Source of the DNA: Chiloscyllium plagiosum
Lineage: Eukaryota
Reading direction: 5' to 3'
Assembly (NCBI RefSeq): GCF_004010195.1
Contig: NC_057753.1
Location: forward strand, 5,791,488-5,855,487
DNA length: 64,000 nt
This document shows, in pieces, positions 38,296-51,800 of the stretch (positions within the stretch are counted from its first letter, which is position 1; every line of letters begins with the position of its first letter). The position numbers and the translations under genes were made by a program. The notes beneath the pieces were generated by a model. That model saw nothing but the letters and a program-made list of their open reading frames with translations. It did no database searches and had not been told where the DNA came from.

Positions 38296-40432
38296 TTTTT
38301 TAATAGATATTTTTATTAGAAATTTAACATTTTTACAAGTTTACAAAAATAAACAAAACTCTCAAGTACAAACATTGATATACAATTAAATCTTAAATAT
38401 ACAATAGCCAAAATTTAACAAAAGAAAAAATGCCTTATCCTTTCCAGTAAATGCACAAAGTTAGCCTTGTATAACTGACCAAATACTGGGGTAATAAAAA
38501 TGCCTAAATATAAGAAACCCTCCAGGGACCANNNNNNNNNNNNNNNNNNNNNNNNNNNNNNNNNNNNNNNNNNNNNNNNNNNNNNNNNNNNNNNNNNNNN
38601 NNNNNNNNNNNNNNNNNNNNNNNNNNNNNNNNNNNNNNNNNNNNNNNNNNNNNNNNNNNNNNNNNNNNNNNNNNNNNNNNNNNNNNNNNNNNNNNNNNNN
38701 NNNNNNNNNNNNNNNNNNNNNNNNNNNNNNNNNNNNNNNNNNNNNNNNNNNNNNNNNNNNNNNNNNNNNNNNNNNNNNNNNNNNNNNNNNNNNNNNNNNN
38801 NNNNNNNNNNNNNNNNNNNNNNNNNNNNNNNNNNNNNNNNNNNNNNNNNNNNNNNNNNNNNNNNNNNNNNNNNNNNNNNNNNNNNNNNNNNNNNNNNNNN
38901 NNNNNNNNNNNNNNNNNNNNNNNNNNNNNNNNNNNNNNNNNNNNNNNNNNNNNNNNNNNNNNNNNNNNNNNNNNNNNNNNNNNNNNNNNNNNNNNNNNNN
39001 NNNNNNNNNNNNNNNNNNNNNNNNNNNNNNNNNNNNNNNNNNNNNNNNNNNNNNNNNNNNNNNNNNNNNNNNNNNNNNNNNNNNNNNNNNNNNNNNNNNN
39101 NNNNNNNNNNNNNNNNNNNNNNNNNNNNNNNNNNNNNNNNNNNNNNNNNNNNNNNNNNNNNNNNNNNNNNNNNNNNNNNNNNNNNNNNNNNNNNNNNNNN
39201 NNNNNNNNNNNNNNNNNNNNNNNNNNNATCTTCTGGATCCTTTCCTATTTTAAGGATAAGAGAGATATTTGCCTCTTTCAGTGAAGGCGGGAGACAGCCC
39301 TGACTATATGCATAGTTATACATGTCCATAAGTGGACCAGCCAATATTTCTGTAAATTCTTTATAGAATTCAGCTTGAAAACCATCTGGGCCAGGTTTCT
39401 TACCGCTCTGAAGTTGCCTGATTGCGTCAAGTATTTCTTGGACTGTTAGGGGAGCATTTAGGACCGATACCTGTTCCGGAGTTAGGCCCGGAAAGGTCAA
39501 ATTTTTAAAAAATGATTGCATACTCCTAGTCCTGTCTTCACAATCCTGCGATTTATATAAATCAGAATAAAATTTTCTCAGGATTGCATTAATCTTTTTA
39601 TGATCATGAGTCAAAATACCCGTACTTTCCTTGATAGACGTGATAGTTTGAGGGGCCTTTATTTTCTTTGCAAGAAATGCTAAGTATCTACCTGGTTTGT
39701 CGCCAAATTCATATAACCTTTGTTTTGCAAATAATATTTCCCTCGTAGCCGCTTGGGTAAGCGTAGTGTTTAGAGCTGTCCTAAGGGCCGTAATCCTTTG
39801 CAATTTAATAATGGAAGGTCTATCAGCGTATGCTGTTTCAGCTGCTTTTAAGCGAGCTTCGAGCAGACGCTGTTGTTCTCCCTTTAATTTTTTCTGGGTC
39901 GCTGAGTAGGAGATGATCAAACCTCACGTGTAAGTTTTGATGGTCTCCCACATTATTGATGGGTCGCTAGCCGTGCCTGAATTAATTTCGAAAAAATTTT
40001 AAATTCGCGAGAGAAGTACTTTACAAATTTACTATCTTTCATCAGGAAGGGGTCCATACGCCAATGCCGAGGAGATGTCCCATTGTTCCTCGCCTTGATT
40101 TCCATATATACAGCAGCGTGATCGGAAATTGCTATACTACCTATTTTACAGGATGATATGGAATTTTAAAAAATCGAGAGGACAAAACACATATCAATTC
40201 TGCTATGACATTTATGTGGTTTGGAGTAAAAAGAAAACTCTCTGCCCTGTGGATGAAGACATCTCCATACATCTACTAATCCTAACTCTTTATTCAGATC
40301 CACCAATTGTCTCGATCTGGGAGATACTCCTGCAGTACTCTTGGGAATCCTATCTACTTCCGGATCCATAATACAATTAAAGTGTCCCCCTATAATTGTA
40401 TGACTGGCACCAAAAGTCATCAATTTTGAAAA
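38296..40432 (-). mobile_element. L1-type LINE fragment (endonuclease C-terminus, linker, RT start, YLGI region, A-rich 3' end), spanning a 696-N gap (38532-39227)
   Basis: IIGGHFNC, DVWRCLHP..FSFYS..SRID, GKKPGPDGFQAEFYK, ANISLILK.GKDP, FLYLGIFIT; 3' aataaaaatatctattaaaaaa on the minus strand. Confidence 0.88.
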
Positions 40433-40544
40433 TTTTGAAATTAAATAATACAAAATAACAAGGGAAAACAACCCCGCTCCTAGAGACAGAGGTAAAATAG
40501 AATAAGGTAACCACCTCCCCCCCACCAACATTAACTAAACGCCC

Positions 40545-41219
40545 AACCAGCGCATTATTGTAAAACACACAACCCCCATAGTAATTTTATAACAGCCTCC
40601 CAGCCCAGTGTTTATATAACACACACCCCCACAGTAATTTTATAACAGCCTCCTAGCCCAGTGTTTATATAACACCACTCCCACAGTGATTTTATAACAG
40701 CCTCCTAGCCCAGTGTTTATATAACACCACTCCCACAGTGATTTTATAACAGCTCCCCCAGCCCAGTGTTGATGTCACACACACCCCCACAGTAATTTTA
40801 TACCAGCCCACCAGCCCAGTGTTAATATAACATACACACACAGTAATGTTATAACTTGCAACCCAACCCAGTGTTTATATAACACACAACCCCACAGTAA
40901 TTTTATAACAGCTACCCCAGCCCAGTGTTTATACAACACACATCCCAATCGTAATTGTATGACAGCCCCCCAACCTAGTGTTCATATAAAATACACACAC
41001 ACAGTAATTTTGTAACAGCACCCAGGCCAGTGTTTATGTAACACACATTCCCACTGTAATTTTATAACAGCACCCCCAGCCCAGTGTTTATGTAACACAC
41101 ATTCCCACTGTAATTTTATACCACACACCCCATTCCAGTGTTTATATAACACACACACCCCAGCCCAGTGTTTATATAACACACACCCATCCCAGTGTTT
41201 ATATAACACACACCACCCC
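40545..41219. repeat. ~60-bp satellite array (two related ~30-bp subunits), running into a gap
   Basis: (cccagtgtttatataacacacacccccacagtaattttataacagcctc...)n, about 11 units. Confidence 0.92.
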
Positions 41220-41719
41220 NNNNNNNNNNNNNNNNNNNNNNNNNNNNNNNNNNNNNNNNNNNNNNNNNNNNNNNNNNNNNNNNNNNNNNNNNNNNNNNNN
41301 NNNNNNNNNNNNNNNNNNNNNNNNNNNNNNNNNNNNNNNNNNNNNNNNNNNNNNNNNNNNNNNNNNNNNNNNNNNNNNNNNNNNNNNNNNNNNNNNNNNN
41401 NNNNNNNNNNNNNNNNNNNNNNNNNNNNNNNNNNNNNNNNNNNNNNNNNNNNNNNNNNNNNNNNNNNNNNNNNNNNNNNNNNNNNNNNNNNNNNNNNNNN
41501 NNNNNNNNNNNNNNNNNNNNNNNNNNNNNNNNNNNNNNNNNNNNNNNNNNNNNNNNNNNNNNNNNNNNNNNNNNNNNNNNNNNNNNNNNNNNNNNNNNNN
41601 NNNNNNNNNNNNNNNNNNNNNNNNNNNNNNNNNNNNNNNNNNNNNNNNNNNNNNNNNNNNNNNNNNNNNNNNNNNNNNNNNNNNNNNNNNNNNNNNNNNN
41701 NNNNNNNNNNNNNNNNNNN
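41220..41719. other. Assembly gap (500 N)
   Basis: Run of N. Confidence 0.99.
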
Positions 41720-42416
41720 TAGTCGAGAAATTTAAACAACTGGTGTTGGCCTTCAGTTCGTCTATAGCATATCAGCATTGTTGTTTCCCCATTAAACTGA
41801 GGAACATCGAATTTAATAGCACACACTGAATTAACAACAGTTAGTAGAGCTGGGAAACACAAAAAAAGAAACGAGATGTGCACAATGATGAGCATGTGGA
41901 AATTTTGTAGAAACGTCAATTAGATACGACATTAACGATTACACTTAAGATTATTCATGTGCACTGAGAGTGCCAAGCACATGATAGGAAGAAACTTCGG
42001 CTTGATCGCAATATTAAGTTTCAAACATTTCAAAAATCTTAGTTATGTAATGGATAAAAAAACACAATATTAGTAGAAAGTGGTGCATATGAATTTGCAT
42101 GGTTTAAGATATCACCAACAAAAGCAAAGATACACGTTTAAGAAGGAATTGCAATCATAATGGCATTAAGTAATGGTGGTAAATAGAATAAATCTTTCAT
42201 CTTAAATCTCAAAATTAATGCTCCAAATGTGTCTAAGATCATGACATAAATGGCGAGTAGTCATTTCAAATAAAAAGAATGGTGAAGGAACTAATAGGAA
42301 CAGGCTTCCTATTAAAGCAGGCAATAAATACTGGCACGCTGGCGAATGCAGTTTTACTAAGTGAGAGATGTTGCAAAACTGAAACAAAAGACCCATAAAC
42401 GTTAATTAAGTTTTAC

Positions 42417-42486
42417 CTGAAACACCAACAATTGCAATAACTGGATAGTAAATGGCAAACACCAGACCTGTTGGCAATCCGTGCAT
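42417..42486 (-). pseudogene. GPR139-like exon 1 (MHGLPTGLVFAIYYPVIAIVGVS + 1 nt), probably of pseudogenised unit 4
   Basis: 70 nt, ATG at 42486, donor G|GTAAAA. The exon itself is intact. The nearest visible downstream exon 2 is the degraded one at ~29.8-30.4 kb, but gaps intervene. Confidence 0.75.
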
Positions 42487-42532
42487 TTCTCATGTGCCTT
42501 TCACGTGGTTTCTGCACTAGTTTAAGGTAAAG

Positions 42533-42590
42533 CCATAAATATACTTACCGCCAGGCTCCAGGGATTTCTTTCAGATTAATGAGATTATGT
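42533..42590 (-). promoter_or_regulatory. Putative proximal promoter of unit 4 (TATA-like + O/E-like + TAATGA)
   Basis: caggctccaggga at 42552-42564 begins 66 nt from the ATG as in the other copies, although the flanks are strongly diverged. taatgag at 42577-42583. Confidence 0.5.
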
Positions 42591-42913
42591 GAAGCAAAGA
42601 GTTTCTTCACAGCTGCTGCAAGTCTCGAGTGTATGTTGTGTGTTTTGCTTTTTTTTTCAATTGCAGTGAAACCTTTCTATGTTGAAACTGTTGAATTACA
42701 GTTACATTTTATTATAGAGGCAAAGGAAAAACTAAAATAAATGCCTGTAAAATACAGCGTTGGATGGAAAGCAATCATGTGTTCAGGTTCGTTAGTTTTT
42801 TTTTAAACTGACACAATGGAAAATAATAATCTGAGATAATCTAACAAGAAGGGAATCTCAACCAAGTGAAGGTTATTCTGTGCCTGTGCTTGTAAGTCAC
42901 TCATACAATGGGG

Positions 42914-43009
42914 AGAAAGTGAGGTCTGCAGATGCTGGAGATCAGAGATGGAAATGTGTTGCTGGAAATGTGTTTTGACCTGCTGCGCTTTTCCAGCAAC
43001 ACATTTCCA
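42914..43009. mobile_element. Internally deleted palindromic Penelope-derived element
   Basis: 15-bp TSD actcatacaatgggg (42899-42913 / 43010-43024); arms ggaaatgtgttgctggaaa / tttccagcaacacatttcc. Confidence 0.8.
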
Positions 43010-44359
43010 ACTCATACAATGGGGTCAAGTATCACTGAAATTGTAAATTAACTTTGATGCAATAGCTCATGTATTGGAAGTCAATATCACCATTCTATAT
43101 CACTAATTCTGCATCAGCACGATTCACAACGATTCCTTCTAATCTAGAGTTGCCCAGATCTATGCTGCTATTTTCAATACTTGTCATGATCATTGTGAAA
43201 TATGGTACATCATCGTAGAAGGATTGAGTTAAGGATTATTTTCGAAATGAACATGTGCTGGCCAATATCATTGCATTCTGTTTGGACAAGTGAGAGTCCA
43301 GCGTGATTATATTGAGTGTAAACTAATCCAGTTAAGCAGGACTTTCTTGATATATAGAGAATCTGATCAGATCTGTTAGGTTTAGTAGTACAGTTGTAAA
43401 ATCTTTGGGTTTGTAATCCGAATTCCCAGGCTAATATTCAGAGGTAATGTGTCAGAGTAATTGGTGAAAATTAAATTGTGTAAAAACCTGAAATAAAATT
43501 TGCGACAGATGGTGACCATGTATCCACTATCTAGTTTTAAAGCAACTAACATATTTGATCAATGACATTTACGAAATATGATGCAAATATTGAGCCTTGA
43601 TTAGACTTCGGATCCGAGAATGTGATTCACTCCACAGTGTTCTTTCAGCAATAATAAATGTTAAAGATGCCCACAGTTCATGATTGAACAATAAAAATAA
43701 AAGACATGACTGGAGACAAGTTCATCGCAGCAACTTTGCAAACATTCCCCGACATTGTTACTTCTTGGAGGATATCTAAAAGCAGACATGTTCAGTTAGT
43801 AAGTTTTATGAAAGAGCGATAGATCCACATACTCGTTAGATTCTTCTGGAAATTTCTTCAGTGAGCGGTTAGTTTCACAGTGAACAGATGCATTATAAAA
43901 ATTGTGAAATTGTCCAATTTATCACCGTATAGATAGGGGGCCCAAAACAGTTCACGATGTTTGTACTTAATACTGATAAGTCCAGATACGCCCCACGTGG
44001 TTACGTTCAACATGGACAGAGTTGGATCTGCATGTTTTGGACTCACCCATGTTTGAGAGTAACATAAAATTGTTGCCTGTGGTTTTATTGGACACAAAAA
44101 TGGCTGAAGAGAATGGTTAGTTACAAACATCTGTCTATAGATTTGGAATCATAACCTTCATACTCTTGGGGACTAGGTAAATGTCCCATAGAATTTAGTA
44201 CAAGGAGAAAAAAATATGGATACTGAGAAGTTTTGCATACAGTAAGCTTGGATAGAAGACTTTTAGCAATTTATTTTATAGTTTGTTATTAAATAGGGAA
44301 GAGAAGAGGAAAGCTCAACGCAAATTACTTAAGACCCTTCGGGCAATTGTATTTGCATA

Positions 44360-44445
44360 TACACCTGCACATGTTAACAGACACACATAAACACATACAC
44401 ACAGACAAGACAGACACACAAACGTGCATGCACACACACATACAA
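44360..44445. repeat. Imperfect (CA)n microsatellite
   Basis: acacacataaacacatacacacagac...cacacacaca. Confidence 0.6.
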
Positions 44446-44449
44446 ACAA

Positions 44450-47280
44450 CGAAAATTACAGTACAGAAACAGGCCCTTTGGCACTCTTAGCCTGCGCCAG
44501 TCCAGATCCTCTACCGAAACCTGTCGTTATTGTCTCAGGCATATCTCTCTGCTCCCTGCCCATTCAAGTATCTGTCTAGATGTATCTTCAATTATGCTAT
44601 CGTGCTCATTTTACCACCTACGCTGGAACCACGTTCCAGGGACTCACCACCCTCTGTGTAAAGAACACATATTTGTCTTAAACTTTTCCCCTCTCACTTT
44701 GAACTCGTGACCCCAAGTAATTGAGACTTCCCCGCTGGGAAAAATAAAACGTCTTGTTATCCATCCTGTCTATACCCCTCATGATTTTCTAGAACTCAAC
44801 CGGACAAGCGCTCAACCTCCTTCTTTCTCATGAAAATAATCCCAATCTACTCAACCATTCTTCATGGACGGTGCTCTCCATACCTGACAACAACCTGGTG
44901 AACTTCCTCTACACTACCTCCAAAGCATCCACGTTCCTTTAGTAATGTGGAAACCAGAACTGTATTCAGTATTCCAAATGTGGCCGTTACAAAGTATTAT
45001 ACAATTGCAACATGACCGGCCAACACTTGTACTGAAAACCCAGTCCAATGAAGGAAAGAATGCTGTATGCCTTCTTGACCACTCTATTGACCTGCGTTGC
45101 CACCTTCAGGATACAATGGACCTGAACACCCAGATGTATCTGTACATCAATTTTCCGCAGGACTTCCCCATTTACCGTGTAGTTTGCTCTTGCATTGGCT
45201 CTTCCAAAGTGCATCACCTCGCACTTGCGTGCACAGAACTTTACCTACAATTTCTCTGGCCATCTCCCCAGTCTGTCTATATTGTGTTGTAATCTCGTAC
45301 ATTCTTTTCATTATCTGCTACTCCACCAATCCAAATATCATCTGCAAACCTGCTAATCAGGGCACCTATACCTTGATCCAGATCATGTATGCATATCACA
45401 AACAACAATGGTCCCAGCACGGATCCCTGTGGAGCACCACTGGTTATAGTTCTCCATTTTGAGGAACTCCATTCCAATACTCCTCTCTGTCTCCTGGTGC
45501 CCAGTAAGTTATTTAATAATTTAGCTAGTACAACCTGGATGGCATGCATCTTCACTTTCTCCATCAACCCAGTTTGGGAATATTATCAAACACTTGACTG
45601 AAGTCTATGTAAATGTCATCTACAACCCTTCCCTCATTAATCAACGCTGTCACTTCCACAAAGAATTCTATTACGTTTGTAAGACAAGACCTTCTCTATA
45701 CAAACTCATGTTGCCTATCACTGATACCCCAACTTATTCCAAAAGGGAACACATCCTATTCCTCTGCATCTTCTCCAGCAGCTTCTTGACTACTGATGCC
45801 ACGCTCATTGATCTATAATTATCTGGATTATCCCTGCTAATATTCTTAAAATAGTGAACAACGTTAGCAATTCTCCAGTCCTCTGGGGACCTCACCCGTG
45901 CTTGAGGATGCTGCAAAGATATTTGTTAAGGCCCCAGATATTGCCTCTCTCTCTCCTCTCAGTAACTTGGGTTAAGTCCCATCCGGGTCTGGAGATTTGC
46001 CCACCTTCATCCCTTTTAGAATACCCAACTGTTCATCCCTCCTTATGCCGACTTCGCCCGGGGTAATCAAACATCTATACCGAGCCTCAACATCCACCAT
46101 GTCCCTCTCATCGCTGAATACAAATGTAATGTACTCATTAAGAATCTCACCCATTTTATGTGACTTCACACATGACTTTCCTCCCTTGTCCTTGAGAGGG
46201 CCAATCCTGTCTCTCGTTACCCTCTTGCTCCTTACATATAAATAAAAGCCTTTGGCATTTTCCTTAAAGCAGTTTGCTAAAAAATATTTCAGAACTCATT
46301 TTCACCTCTTAATTTTTCATTTTACATTGGTCCTACATTCCCAATATTCTACCAAACCGTCTGTGACCACATTGTGGCGATTCCATTCCAATGCAGTTGA
46401 GAGTCGGGAGCACAATGATAAAGGTTTAAAATAAAAAAAGTTACTTGACCAGAGTCAGTGTTAGTCATTAAGCAGAGTGCTTCATGTATACGTGTAAAAA
46501 TGAAGCACAAAAATATAATTGGGTCCTTCGCGCCTTCTCTCCATTCAATACATCATGGTTGATCTGATTTTAAACTTAACTCTACATTCATGTATATCCC
46601 CGATAATTTTTCATTCCGTTCATAATTTAGAATCTATCTTCCTCTGCAAAAATGAAACTTTCCTCATTTATGCTTTAAATGAGTTCAACTGATTTTTAAA
46701 CTATTAACCCTGGTTCCAGATGCCGATGCAAGATGAAGCATCCATTCCAAATGGACTGCGTCAAGCCCCCTCAGTATCTTATATATTTCTATTAGGATTT
46801 TCAGATTCTTTGAAACTCCAGAGGACACAGACCTCGCCTGCCTAGCCTTTCCTCATAGGGTAAACCTCGTATAAATTGTGTCCAAAACATTACCATCGTT
46901 CCACAAATACAGTGAACAGTAGTGCACACAGAACTCCAGATGCTGTCTCACGAAAGTCTTTTGCAACTGAAGCTTAATCTCCCAACTGTTCTGTTCAATT
47001 CGCCTCACAATAGAATAGAACACTGTATAAACTTTCCTGATTACTTGCTCTTCGTGCATACTAAACATTTTTGATTCATACAATAGGACAATCAGATCTC
47101 TCTGCATCCAAGAGCTCTGAAATCTTTCACCATTTCGATAATATGCTTCTTCTTTGTTTCGTTATGGCATAATGGACAATTTCACAATTTCTTATACTGT
47201 ACTCCTTTTGCCTGATATTTGTCCACTCACTTAAACTAGCTACGACATTTTATAGATTCATTAATTCCTTTCCACACTCC
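44450..47280 (-). mobile_element. CR1 LINE ORF2 fragments (two elements)
   Basis: SGAPQGSVLGPLLFVICIHDLD..ISRFADD, EDWRIANVV, KVGKSPDPDG, LQKTFVRQHLEFCV. Confidence 0.85.
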
Positions 47281-48633
47281 AAAAATGCGGATATGATCTG
47301 TGACGAGTTTCGATGTGGGCAGCAGAGTTTTGGATGGCTTCGTGTTGAGGAAAAGTTGAACTTCCGCTTCCACTTCAGAACTGATTATCTGCGAGTTCCG
47401 CATTGTGTTCTTCCAAACTCAAATATTGACCTTTCATAAAATGTCATCAGAAATTCTTTACTCAGTCCTCTAGGTTTGATCGAACCAGGACTTTATACTC
47501 TGGATCAAACGTTTTAGGTCCTTTCAAAAGCAGCTGCTTCAACAACTGTGTGTCAAGGGAAACAAGATTGTAGCTATTAGATGGAAAAGAAAAGAAGGTA
47601 GGCTTTTTACACTCTGTTCACGTTTAATGTAACCATGCATTTCATGAATTTTCTGAAATTTAGGTGGCTAGGTTTGATAATGACTTCGCCCATTGTTCGA
47701 ATCAGAGGAAATTTTGTATTTCTTTCTCCATTGACATAAACTGTCTATATGTCTTTCCTGGGGTTGTATGGCCTCTACAAACATACTTTACTATCTCTGA
47801 TGTAGCAAAATGAAAGTTCCCAGCCATGTCGGAGTCCTTTCAGTCTAAGAATTTAAATCTTTTTTTTTAAATGCAGAGACCATCGACATTATCGTGGTCT
47901 GACAATTGTAATTCCAACCTTACAAACAACATGGAAGAATACTTCCCAGCTCACTGTTTCTGTTACTAGCCATTCGTTTACACATGCCAATATATGACCT
48001 CTTGCACAATGAACCACTCTTAATTGCAGTAAAATTTGTTTTTAAAATACCTTTTTAAATGCCTGCTGTAAATGTCAGGCACAGCACAACCACCATTTCC
48101 CTTAATCCAAAGCACATTATTCCATCATGAACTCTTTGTGAACATTTGTAGGTTTATTAAAAGCGATCTCGTTTACTAAAATTCATGTTGACTCTGTCTG
48201 ATGGCCTTAAATTTTAACAAGTGTCCGAGTATAAATTCTTTATCCATAGCTTCTAACGTTATCACTATGATAGATGCTAATTTGATAGGCATGAATTTTA
48301 CTACTGCTTGTCTTGATGCATTTTCTTAAATAAACGAGATGGATTTCCTGTTTCCAGTCGAATGGAACCGAACTCGTATCTAAAGACTTTAGGAAAATTA
48401 AAACCAATGCATTAAATTTGCATATCGCAATGCCAATATGATTATGGGAATTCTCCTTTCTGTTCGTGTATGAACAGCACTGAATAAAGCCAGAGACGCC
48501 AATTCAATTTATCCATTTAAAAACAGTTTCCTCCACACCTCTAGTTTTGCTACTTCTAATATTGTACTAATATTTTTGTCTCGCAGACTGAGAAGTGATA
48601 TCTAGTGTTGATATAAAATGTATTGTGTAAATA

Positions 48634-48842
48634 GGAGAAAGTGAGGACTGCAGATGCTGGAGATCAGAGCTGAAATGTGTTGCTGGAAAAGCGCAGCAGG
48701 TCAGGCAGCATCCAAGGGGCAGGAGAATCGACGTTTCGGGGATTATTCCTGAAGAAGGGCTCATGCCCGAAACGTCGATTCTCCTGCTCCTTGGATGCTG
48801 CCTGACCTGCTGCGCTTTTCCAGCAACACATTTTCAGCTTAA
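48634..48842 (+). mobile_element. Well-preserved palindromic Penelope-derived element with hammerhead core (48749-48776)
   Basis: 9-bp TSD gtgtaaata (48625-48633 / 48843-48851); ~73-bp inverted arms; CTGAAGA-a-GGGC-tcat-GCCC-GAAA-CGTC. Confidence 0.85.
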
Positions 48843-48851
48843 GTGTAAATA

Positions 48852-51800
48852 ACCTATCTCTGATATCTCCACTATATCTTCCTCCAATGAGACTAAACCT
48901 ATCCTCCCTGGTGATACAAATTTCTGCCATGGGAAACAAAGTGCCTAGCTATCCAATTTGTCGATGTCTCTCATCATCCTTTGCACCTCTACTACGTCAC
49001 CTGTCATCTTTCTTCGCTCCAGAAAAGCCCTAGATGCCTCAACCTTTCTTCGTGTGACATGCCCTCTAGCCGAGGCAGCATTTTGATAAATCTACTCTGC
49101 ACCATTTCTGAAGCTTCCAATTTTTTATATATAATGAGGCGACCAGAATCGATCACAGTGTTCAAGTGCGGTCTAAACAGGATTCTGTAGAGTTGCAGCG
49201 TTACCTCGCACCACTGAAATTCAATCCCCTTGTTAATGAAAGCCAACAGAACTTTTGAACAAACATATCAACTTGTTTGGTAACTTGGAGGTTTCGATTG
49301 ACCTGGGTCACAAATCCCCCCATTCTTTCATACTGCCAAGAATCCTGCCTTTCGTCCTCTCTTCTGCACTCAAATTCGACCTTCCAAAGTGAATCACTTC
49401 ACACCTTCCAAGGTTGACCGCCATCTGCCACGTGTCAGCTCTGTTCTGCATCCTGTCAATGTGCCACTGCAAACTACAGCAACCCTTCATAGTATACACA
49501 ACTCCACAATCCTGCGTATCAACAGCGAACTTAATAACCCTACCTCCCACATCCTCATCTCAGTCATTTAGAGAAAAAAAAAATCACAAAGAGCAGAGGT
49601 ACCAGAAAAGATCCCTGTGGAACTCCATAGCTCACCAAGCTCCAGGCTGAATATTATCCATCTACCACCACCTTCTTCAATGTGATAGAAAATTCTGTAA
49701 CCAGAAAGACGGATTTCCCTACATCCCATGCCACCTTACTTTCGGAATGAGCCTACAATGGGGGACCTTATCAAAAATGTACACCACATCCACTGCCCCA
49801 CCTTCATCAACGTGTTTGGTGACTTCAGCATGAAATTCATAAGCATTGTAACACATGGCCTGCTATCAAAGCTATGCTGGCTACCTCTAATCATCCTGTA
49901 GTTTTCCATGTAATCATTAATCCTGTCTCTCTGAATCTCCTCAAATTCGTTGCCACTGGAGTAGCGCCAGATGATTGGAGAGTGTCAAATGCCATTCCCT
50001 TGTTCAAGAAAGGGAATAGAGATAATTCTGGGAATTACAGTCCAGTCAGTCTTAAGTCTGACATGTGAGGAAAGGATAGATAGAATGGGTTTGTACTCGC
50101 TGGAAATGAGAAAACTGCCGGCGTGAAGCGACATAAAAGACGTTTTTGGGACTGGACAAGCCAGATGTGGGTAGAACGTTCCCAATGTTGGGGAAGTTCA
50201 GAACCTGGGATCTCAGTCTAACGAAAAGGTTGAAGCCATTCTGGAATGAGATGAGGAACCATTTCTACGCTCAGTGAATTGTGAACCTATGGAATTCTCT
50301 CCCGCAGAACGTTGTTTTAGTCACTTCATTACATATATTCAAGAGAGAGGTGGACATGGCCCTTGCTGGGAGACGGAAAAAGGGTATGGTGAGAAAGCTG
50401 AGACAGAATGATCAGCCACGATCATATTGAATGATGGTACAGGCTCAAAGGGAAGATTAGACGATTCCTTAACCTATTTGCTCTAGTTATAAGTTTCTAA
50501 ACGTGTTCAGCTGCACCTCTCGATTAAACACATGGAGCAGATGGACTCATTATGGAACATCCATGATGCTGAGTACGTCTCAGATAACGTGTTCAGCGAG
50601 CTGGCCTTATGATGATTCAGAGCTGCACAGGCAAAAGAAAAATGTTGGGTGATCATTAGAAAGACAGGTGAACAAGGGTAGGTAGTTCAAGAGTTATCAG
50701 TGACAATACCGGTCTCAACTAGAGTCATAGTAATCGACAGCACACAGACGGGCACTTTGGCCCAAACTGGCACATGCCAACCAAAGTGTCCATCCACGCT
50801 TACTCCTTTACCCTTCCTTCTAATTATTTCATATTCATGCATTTGCCAAAATGCCTTTTAAATGTTGTAAATAGACCCCCATCAACCACTTTCACCGAGA
50901 CATCGTTCCATATGTGTAATACACTCTGTGTAAAACGTTTTCACTCAGGTTTCCTTCTATTGTATCCCCTCTAAACTTATACTGATGCCCTTTACTCCTC
51001 TATTCCCCAACCCTGGGACAAAGACTGAGTCCATTCACCCTATCCTTGCCTCTTAGGGTAAACTTATGCACCACTATAAGTTTACCCTTCAGTTTCGTTT
51101 GCTCTGAAGAACAAAGGTCCTCGCTTTCGAACCTTTCCCTATAACTCAGGCAATTGAATATAGGCAACATCCTTGTCAATTTCTTCTGCACTTTTTCCAG
51201 TTTAACATCATCCTTTCTATCACAAGGTGACCAAACTGAACACAATACTCCAAGTGCAGTCTCACCAACGTCCTGCATAACTGCAACTTAACTTTTCAAC
51301 TTCTATACTCATTGCCATGACTGATGAAGTCCATTGTGCATAAAACCCTTTTTCACTGCCCTGTCTAACTGTCAGTTCACTTTCAGAGATTGTGAACTTG
51401 AACTGCAGAATCATTCTGTTCCTCGACACTCCTTACAGCCCTAACATTCACCAGAAAGTTGCCTCATCGATTTGAATTTTCAAAATGCAACAGCTCACAC
51501 TTAACACCCTCTGTTAAACAGCATTTGTCATTTCTCATCTCACTTCCTCAGATGACAGAGATCTTGCTGCAAGAATATATTTCTGATAATCTTTCTCACT
51601 CTTCACGATACTACCTATATACGTGTCATCTGCAAACATACTAATTATGCCGTTTTCTTTTTCACCCACATCATTGATATTGATAACAAAAAGCAATGGG
51701 CCGAGCACTGATGCCTGAGTCACTCTATCAGTCACAGGCCTTTCGTTTGACAAGCATGCTTCCACTATTACCCACTGCTTTTTACTCTCAAGTTAACTGT

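Noticed and set aside
40545..41219. CRISPR-like periodic array or Cys-rich repeat protein
   Set aside because: No unique spacers, eukaryotic context, and the ORF is simply translated satellite.
42541..42550. Strong-looking minus-strand donor (G|GTAAGTAT) suggesting an upstream non-coding exon
   Set aside because: Not conserved in the other three copies, and it falls between the O/E motif and the TATA-like position; cannot be supported without transcripts.
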